The notes under the pieces: generated by a model
Told to the model about the DNA's origin: nothing
What the model saw: the letters and a program-made list of their open reading frames with translations, nothing else
Databases searched by the model: none
IMG/VR virus record: IMGVR_UViG_3300008110_010000
Span: 1-64,000 of that record
Reading direction: 5' to 3' (one strand)
DNA length: 64,000 bases
Position numbers and translations under genes: made by a program
Part shown: piece by piece, positions 58,843 to 64,000 of the stretch
Numbering within the stretch: position 1 is the stretch's first letter
Layout of the letters: each line of letters starts with the position of its first letter

Positions 58843-58916
58843 GGACCTGTAGCTCAGTTGGTTAGAGCACCTGACTCATAATCAGTAGGTCCCTGGTTCG
58901 AGCCCAGGCTGGTCCA
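58843..58916 (+). tRNA. tRNA with CAT anticodon, probably tRNA-Ile2 (lysidine type)
   Basis: ctcataa loop; GGACCT acceptor stem with C4:G69 and C5:G68. Confidence 0.8.
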
Positions 58917-58933
58917 CGATATTTTTGTTATGT

Positions 58934-59863
58934 ATGAAAACTATTTGGGTTTTAGAGGACATAAAAAAAGATGGAGAATTTTTCCTTCATGAGGTTGAGC
59001 TCGTTTGTCTGATTGCATCAGTTTCGAATTGGAAGGTGTTATATCCGGAATGTGAAACTGTAATTTATGTGTGTCCCTCAGTTTACAATTATCTAGAAAA
59101 AATTGGAATTTTAAATTTATGGGACAGTGTAGAAACTAATCCTTTATCAAAAAGTGATAATATTAATAGAAGAGCTTTCTGGACTGCTTCCAAGCTGAAG
59201 TGTATGAAAAACATAGAAGCTCCTTTCATAATGATGGATTGTGATTTATATTTCAAAAGAAAAACATTTGAAATCAAGGACTTATCCAAATACGATATAA
59301 TAGTTAATCAGATCGAAGAAGGAGTAAAGGTTTATCCCAGCATCAAAGACAAAATACTAAATCAGATAGTAAATGAATATCCGATTAAATTCGGATGGAA
59401 AAACACACATTCAACCAACGTTTCATTCCTTTATATAAATAATGAAGATTTTAGAATGGAATATGCTAACATCTCATTGGAATGGATGGAAATCCTTTCG
59501 CAAAGATTTTGGGACGATCCTGATTTGAACGGAAAATATATGGTTTTTTGTGAACAGAAGATTTTAAAAGAGCTTGGGGATTTAAGAGTTCAAAAGATAG
59601 CAGCTCTTTCTCCACAATTCTTTTTCGGAGAAGAAAATACAATTCTGAATATCCCTGATGAATATGGAACTTTTTCAATGAATGACAGTCTAGATTATTC
59701 TCATCTCCATGCGAATAAAAGATTTGTTCTCAAGGACAGGAGTCTTTTTTTAGATATAAGAAGCGATATTATAGAATCCATGGTAAATCTAAATAGTTTT
59801 ACTATGAAACTTTTGCATCAGATATTACTTAAAAATAAAGAAATAATTGGCCCAGTGGCGTAA
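58934..59863 (+). CDS. Putative glycosyltransferase-like protein (DUF6734-like)
   Basis: FWTASKL, PFIMMDCDLY, FCEQ, HLH. Confidence 0.55.
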   Translation: MKTIWVLEDIKKDGEFFLHEVELVCLIASVSNWKVLYPECETVIYVCPSVYNYLEKIGILNLWDSVETNPLSKSDNINRRAFWTASKLKCMKNIEAPFIMMDCDLYFKRKTFEIKDLSKYDIIVNQIEEGVKVYPSIKDKILNQIVNEYPIKFGWKNTHSTNVSFLYINNEDFRMEYANISLEWMEILSQRFWDDPDLNGKYMVFCEQKILKELGDLRVQKIAALSPQFFFGEENTILNIPDEYGTFSMNDSLDYSHLHANKRFVLKDRSLFLDIRSDIIESMVNLNSFTMKLLHQILLKNKEIIGPVA

Positions 59864-59930
59864 TTGGTAGCCGCACTAGACTTAGGATCTAGTGTCGAAA
59901 GACGTGGGGGTTCGAGTCCCTCCTGGGTCA
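59849..59930 (+). tRNA. tRNA-Leu (TAG)
   Basis: ctaga-cttagga-tctag, variable arm gtc-gaaa-gac. Confidence 0.92.
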
Positions 59931-59938
59931 CACAGAAA

Positions 59939-60556
59939 ATGATAGTTCACTTTATTTGGGTTGGGGATCGAAAAATTCCTCAGCATTTTTTGTCTAATCT
60001 GGAAAAGTTTAAATCCTTAAATCCCTCTGAAGAAATTCTGGAGTGGGACGATGAGCATTTAATCCCATTAATTAAATCTTACGGCAGGGAAGAACTTTAT
60101 TTTTCTTCTGGTATTTTCCACAAGTTACAAATTGCTAGATACACTGTTTTAGATTACTATGGAGGAATTTACATAGACTATGATCTGAATTGGAAAGTCT
60201 CAGTCAAAGAAGGACTAGGATTAAGAACAGAAAGGGATCTGTGTTTAATTAAAAGAAGATCCCTATATTTCTACAAGAAAGAAGAATCAATCTTAAAGAT
60301 TGATCTATTAGACGATTATGTAATTTTTGCTAAGCCTGGAATTACAAACGGGTTTATAGATTATAGCCTGAACAGGTTCCTAGATAAATCTAGAATCAAA
60401 GAATGCCAAACTGAACCTTTCAGCGTGTATTCTTTGACTGAATGGGTTCACGATTCACAATTCGATTTTGATTGTTTCGATCATACTGAGATATATGACA
60501 GCGGGGAATGTAAGCTAGCATATCATGATAACAAAAAAACCTGGGAGGGAAAATAA
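59939..60556 (+). CDS. GT32-like glycosyltransferase (DxD sugar-binding)
   Basis: IVHFIWVG, ARY..L..YGGIYIDYD; start moved out of the tRNA. Confidence 0.75.
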   Translation: MIVHFIWVGDRKIPQHFLSNLEKFKSLNPSEEILEWDDEHLIPLIKSYGREELYFSSGIFHKLQIARYTVLDYYGGIYIDYDLNWKVSVKEGLGLRTERDLCLIKRRSLYFYKKEESILKIDLLDDYVIFAKPGITNGFIDYSLNRFLDKSRIKECQTEPFSVYSLTEWVHDSQFDFDCFDHTEIYDSGECKLAYHDNKKTWEGK

Positions 60557-60558
60557 GA

Positions 60559-60870
60559 ATGCCGACTAAAAAAATAAAAGAGATAGTTAAAGAGTATAAG
60601 GATGCAACCGCCTTTGAGATTTTTGAGGGAGTTAGAGATAATTTTCTCTTTGGATTTATTGGAGCAACTTTGGTAGTTTTCATTTCGACCCGGTTAGATA
60701 TAGGAGTTTTATTGGGTTATATTACATATTACTATTTTATGGGAAGAATTGTAAATCGTCCTAAATACGTGACCTCCTTAGGAAAATTAATAGTTTTCCC
60801 CATTCCCTCTGCACTTGGGGCTTTTGCAGGATACAAGTTAGCTTATTATCTACATCTGATAATTCAATAA
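60559..60870 (+). CDS. Small membrane protein
   Basis: Several hydrophobic segments. Confidence 0.6.
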   Translation: MPTKKIKEIVKEYKDATAFEIFEGVRDNFLFGFIGATLVVFISTRLDIGVLLGYITYYYFMGRIVNRPKYVTSLGKLIVFPIPSALGAFAGYKLAYYLHLIIQ

Positions 60871-60872
60871 CT

Positions 60873-60945
60873 ACACCCGTAGTTCAATGGATTAGAACAC
60901 TTGACTACGGATCAAGAAATGTGGGTTCGACCCCTACCGGGTGTA
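60873..60945 (+). tRNA. tRNA-Arg (ACG)
   Basis: cttga-ctacgga-tcaag; acacccg/cgggtgt acceptor stem. Confidence 0.9.
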
Positions 60946-60997
60946 CATTTTTTATTTTTAAAAAATCCTCGTAAATTTGATCCTAAATTAAAAAGCA

Positions 60998-61258
60998 ATG
61001 AAAAAGATTCTTCTATTCTTATTAGTTCTAGGATTTAGCTATTCCGTATTTGCTCAGGAACCTAAAACTGTTGAAGTTACAATTCAAAAATTTAGGGAAA
61101 TTAAAAAAGATTTGGAAAAGAGGAAAATTGCCTACTATATAGATGCTGGCATTATCCACACAGAAAACTTCGGTAAAGAACCTAAAGAGATCTTGATTTA
61201 TGTTTCCAAGGATGAAAACGGACTGAAACAGGTTTTAACTACTGGAAGTAGACCTTAA
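60998..61258 (+). CDS. Small secreted hypothetical protein
   Basis: MKKILLFLLVLGFSYSVFA-Q signal peptide; TAAATTTG box upstream. Confidence 0.65.
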   Translation: MKKILLFLLVLGFSYSVFAQEPKTVEVTIQKFREIKKDLEKRKIAYYIDAGIIHTENFGKEPKEILIYVSKDENGLKQVLTTGSRP

Positions 61259-62460
61259 TTATCAACCTTACCAGATCCATGGGTGATTCCCCCCGTTCCT
61301 ATTCCTCCTGTGGACTGTACAGCGGAACCTACCTCAACATTTGCAATCGCACTATTGTATGTTTTTGGCATTTCTCTTAAGATTCTATTTACTATTGCGT
61401 TAGAAAGCACGTTCCAGTATTTGGGTAAAAATTCATCAAATTCTGGGTAGTCCTTAAGTGTTTTTGGCTGGTAGATCTTTAGCATCTCCATGATTTGGGT
61501 TTTTATAGAGGTGGGATCGAAACTTTTGATGTCATTTGGCTGTGCACTTACAATTTTTTCAGCATATGGTTGGAGATCCACCTTATAAATTTTACTTAAA
61601 TCCATCGGATAAAAATCCGATAAACCAGCAAGACAATATTGAAAAACAACAGCTAAATAGTACGCCGGCGGTTCTTTTGCGAAAACCTTCTTCATCTCGC
61701 TAAATCCGAAAAACGAGCTAAATTTAGAATTCCATTTAGCATTATTTCTTAAGAAATGAGCTGCTTTAATTCCATCAGCGATACTATCTCCTGAAACTAC
61801 TATTTGATCATTAGAGCTAGTTTGAATTTCGTCTGGTTTTTGATCTTGTGATAAAGCTTCTTTGAGTTGATTCTCGAATCTTTTCACAAGATCGGCATAT
61901 CCAGTTGAGATCCTAACTCCATTTGCTTGATCATATTTTCCATTAACACTTAGACCCATTCCTTTTCTAGTGACCTCTCCAATTTTGATCATCATGATTC
62001 CCTCAAATGGAAACTTATAATCAAACGAATTTTTAGTAACTGCAACATTCAAATAATGCAAAGCTCTTAATAAAGCTAATAATCCATTTCCCGAACCCTC
62101 GACTTCCAAAACTGTGGAATTATTGAACGGAATCTTGACGGAACCGGTTTCTGTCATTGTGTATTTTTTGCCATCAGCAGTTATTGTTAAATAATCCATT
62201 CCTGCTTTGACTTTTTTCCCGCTCGTTACACTCTCGAATTTTTTTGCAGCCCCTATCTTTATCATCTCTTCTACTCCGCTTATTTTAAGCGAGGTTGTGG
62301 TATCCTGTTGAATACCTATAGGATTTGCAGCTCCCGCAAAAAGATTGTCAGTGTCTGTGGATCCTATAACGGCTATAAAACCTTTATCTGTTCCTTCCTG
62401 CTCTAAGATTGCATAGCTGTTTCTTTTTAAGAATTGATCGAACGTTTCTAGTATTTTCAT
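61255..62460 (-). CDS. Hypothetical protein with capsid-targeting-like N-terminus
   Basis: MKILETFDQFLKRNSYAILE; 401 aa. Confidence 0.65.
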   Translation of the reverse strand: MKILETFDQFLKRNSYAILEQEGTDKGFIAVIGSTDTDNLFAGAANPIGIQQDTTTSLKISGVEEMIKIGAAKKFESVTSGKKVKAGMDYLTITADGKKYTMTETGSVKIPFNNSTVLEVEGSGNGLLALLRALHYLNVAVTKNSFDYKFPFEGIMMIKIGEVTRKGMGLSVNGKYDQANGVRISTGYADLVKRFENQLKEALSQDQKPDEIQTSSNDQIVVSGDSIADGIKAAHFLRNNAKWNSKFSSFFGFSEMKKVFAKEPPAYYLAVVFQYCLAGLSDFYPMDLSKIYKVDLQPYAEKIVSAQPNDIKSFDPTSIKTQIMEMLKIYQPKTLKDYPEFDEFLPKYWNVLSNAIVNRILREMPKTYNSAIANVEVGSAVQSTGGIGTGGITHGSGKVDN

Positions 62461-62461
62461 A

Positions 62462-62475
62462 AAGATATATATCTT
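62462..62475. promoter_or_regulatory. Palindromic bidirectional GATATATA promoter candidate
   Basis: aagatatatatctt perfect palindrome between divergent genes. Confidence 0.6.
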
Positions 62476-62491
62476 GTAAATATTCGTTTAT

Positions 62492-63286
62492 ATGAGAAAA
62501 ATACAGTCATTTTCACAATTTGTCAGCGAAGCTCAATTTGCTATAAGTGATCCCTCAACAGCAGGAGAGAAATTAGCAGGTGTCCTAGTAGCTAATAAAG
62601 ACGCAAAAGAAGAACCAAAGGGAAGTAATAAAGGACCGGAAGTAGACAAATATCTACAATCAGTAGGATTAGGCCCAGGTTTACCCTGGTGTGCAGCCTT
62701 TGTTTATTATATTTTTGACCAGCTTTCCAAGCAACTTGGAACTTCAAACCCACTTCCTAAGACTGGAGGGGTAATGAATCACTGGAATAAATCAGACCAG
62801 GATGCAAAGATTACCATAGATCAAGCTAGGATCAATCCAAATTTAGTTAGGCCAGGACAAGTATTTATAATGACCAGACCAGGTAAAGGATTGGGACATA
62901 CTGGTATAATAGTATCAGTAGATCCACAAAAGAAAACCATGACAACTATGGAGGGTAACACCAACGATCAGCTTTCTGGTGAAGGTAACAGAGTCGGAAC
63001 TAATGTGAGAAAATTGGATCAAGGAACCCTAGTAGGATTCTTGGATTATTTTAAAACAAGTAGAACACCAGAATTTGAAGCAGATCTTTCTAAAGCAATA
63101 ACAGGTCAAGCCACAGCATTACCTCCTCTTTCAGCTGACGATGTTCCAGGAGACGATGTAGTAGGTCCGGTTAAAACCGATGCTGGAGGACAATTAATGG
63201 CTCAAGCTCTTGGTAATGTTGCAGCGGCAACTGCAAATATGGAAGCTCCTAGAACACCAGAAGAAGTTCCGGTGGAACTTAGATAA
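62492..63286 (+). CDS. CHAP-domain peptidoglycan amidase-like protein
   Basis: PWCAAFV, GHTGI, EGNT catalytic motifs; starts MRKIQSFSQFVSE. Confidence 0.8.
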   Translation: MRKIQSFSQFVSEAQFAISDPSTAGEKLAGVLVANKDAKEEPKGSNKGPEVDKYLQSVGLGPGLPWCAAFVYYIFDQLSKQLGTSNPLPKTGGVMNHWNKSDQDAKITIDQARINPNLVRPGQVFIMTRPGKGLGHTGIIVSVDPQKKTMTTMEGNTNDQLSGEGNRVGTNVRKLDQGTLVGFLDYFKTSRTPEFEADLSKAITGQATALPPLSADDVPGDDVVGPVKTDAGGQLMAQALGNVAAATANMEAPRTPEEVPVELR

Positions 63287-63321
63287 ATAGATTATTAAAT
63301 ACAAAAATATAATAAGTAGAT

Positions 63322-63618
63322 ATGAAACATCTTAAAGGATATAACGAAATAAGCGAAAGTTTTTTCGATTTTAATTTTGGAAGGCCTACCGCTACAAAGG
63401 CAGCTAAAGACAGTCTAAGAGGAACTGGGGTTTCTGGATATTCAAGGGGAGATCAAAATTACGGAGAAGCTCCAGATCCTAAGAAAGAGGTAGTAATTTT
63501 TCAAGGAAGGGAATTCACGCAGGATCAAATAGAATATGCTGGTTATAACGATCTTGGAGAAATTCCAAGAATTGAAGGAGATAAATTAATTATTGCAAAT
63601 CCTGTTTGGGAAATGTAA
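63322..63618 (+). CDS. Hypothetical protein with capsid-targeting-like N-terminus
   Basis: MKHLKGYNEISES. Confidence 0.65.
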   Translation: MKHLKGYNEISESFFDFNFGRPTATKAAKDSLRGTGVSGYSRGDQNYGEAPDPKKEVVIFQGREFTQDQIEYAGYNDLGEIPRIEGDKLIIANPVWEM

Positions 63619-63676
63619 TTTTTTTCTTAAATTTACACGAAACAAAAAATAACGTTTGATATATAACAAACATCTC

Positions 63677-63760
63677 ATGAAGACTCAGTTCACATATAAT
63701 TGCAACCAAATGCCTGAACAAGGTAATAAGGGGGATTATATGGATACGGATCTGGGTTAA
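63677..63760 (+). CDS. Attenuator leader peptide 2 (27 aa)
   Basis: MKTQFTYNCNQMPEQGNKGDYMDTDLG*; GATATATA at 63658-63665; antiterminator strand overlaps the last codons. Confidence 0.7.
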   Translation: MKTQFTYNCNQMPEQGNKGDYMDTDLG

Positions 63761-63780
63761 CATGTCTAAAATATAAATTG

Positions 63781-63816
63781 AAAAACCCAGATCCAAAAGG
63801 TCTGGGTTTTTCTTTT
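63781..63816 (+). terminator. Attenuator terminator 2
   Basis: cccagatcc-aaaa-ggtctggg plus tttttctttt; 5' arm perfectly complementary to ggatctgggtt (63748-63758). Confidence 0.85.
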
Positions 63817-63819
63817 GAT

Positions 63820-63891
63820 GGCGATTTGGCCGAGTGGTTCAGGCAGGGGTCTGCAAAACCTCTTACTCCAGTTCGACTCTGGAAATCGCCT
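63820..63891 (+). tRNA. tRNA-Cys (GCA)
   Basis: ctgcaaa loop; ggcgatt/aatcgcc acceptor stem; U73. Confidence 0.92.
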
Positions 63892-63899
63892 CAGAAATT

Positions 63900-63971
63900 G
63901 GGGATATAGCTCAGCGGTAGAGCAAGCGACTGTTAATCGCTAGGTCATAGGTTCGAATCCTTTTATCCCCG
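63900..63971 (+). tRNA. tRNA-Asn (GTT)
   Basis: agcga-ctgttaa-tcgct; G73. Confidence 0.92.
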
Positions 63972-64000
63972 CAGATGGTTCTTTGACATATTGGAAAACT

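Noticed and set aside
59864-59938. Upstream start for the GT32 gene
   Set aside because: Lies within tRNA-Leu; ATG at 59939 preferred
63590-63796. Minus-strand 68-aa ORF
   Set aside because: Antisense to leader 2 and its terminator

Overview
This AT-rich, gene-dense 64 kb window (genetic code 11, genes mostly without Shine-Dalgarno sites, many ATGA/TAATG overlaps) reads as part of a large tailed phage genome. A Bacteroidota host is inferred from TAnnTTTG-type -7 promoter boxes, SD-less starts, a DUF2061 gene and a YAIAA-ending tmRNA tag. Layout: (1) 1-3.5 kb, 3' end of a TROVE/Ro60-like gene and small virion-type genes. (2) 3.5-37.4 kb, one minus-strand cluster of about 45 tailoring enzymes (2OG-Fe(II) oxygenases, radical SAM, SGNH-like, sulfotransferase-like, SET, GNAT, APS kinase, sugar-nucleotide enzymes, glycosyltransferases, a tandem-Hint protein), many ending in a shared basic+[LIFM][IL] C-terminus. 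(3) 37.5-51 kb, auxiliary genes (phosphoesterase, HAD, SPFH, IMPDH/GMPR, tmRNA, tRNA-fMet, glycosylation genes, IscA, PAP2). (4) A 1543-aa G/S/T-repeat tail fibre with an S74 chaperone. (5) tRNA arrays. The standout observation is that two tRNA clusters are preceded by leader-peptide attenuator architectures (uORF, antiterminator, intrinsic terminator), and in the first a run of 14 consecutive leader codons uses only the amino acids of the tRNAs downstream. All family assignments are by eye from motifs; no searches were run.
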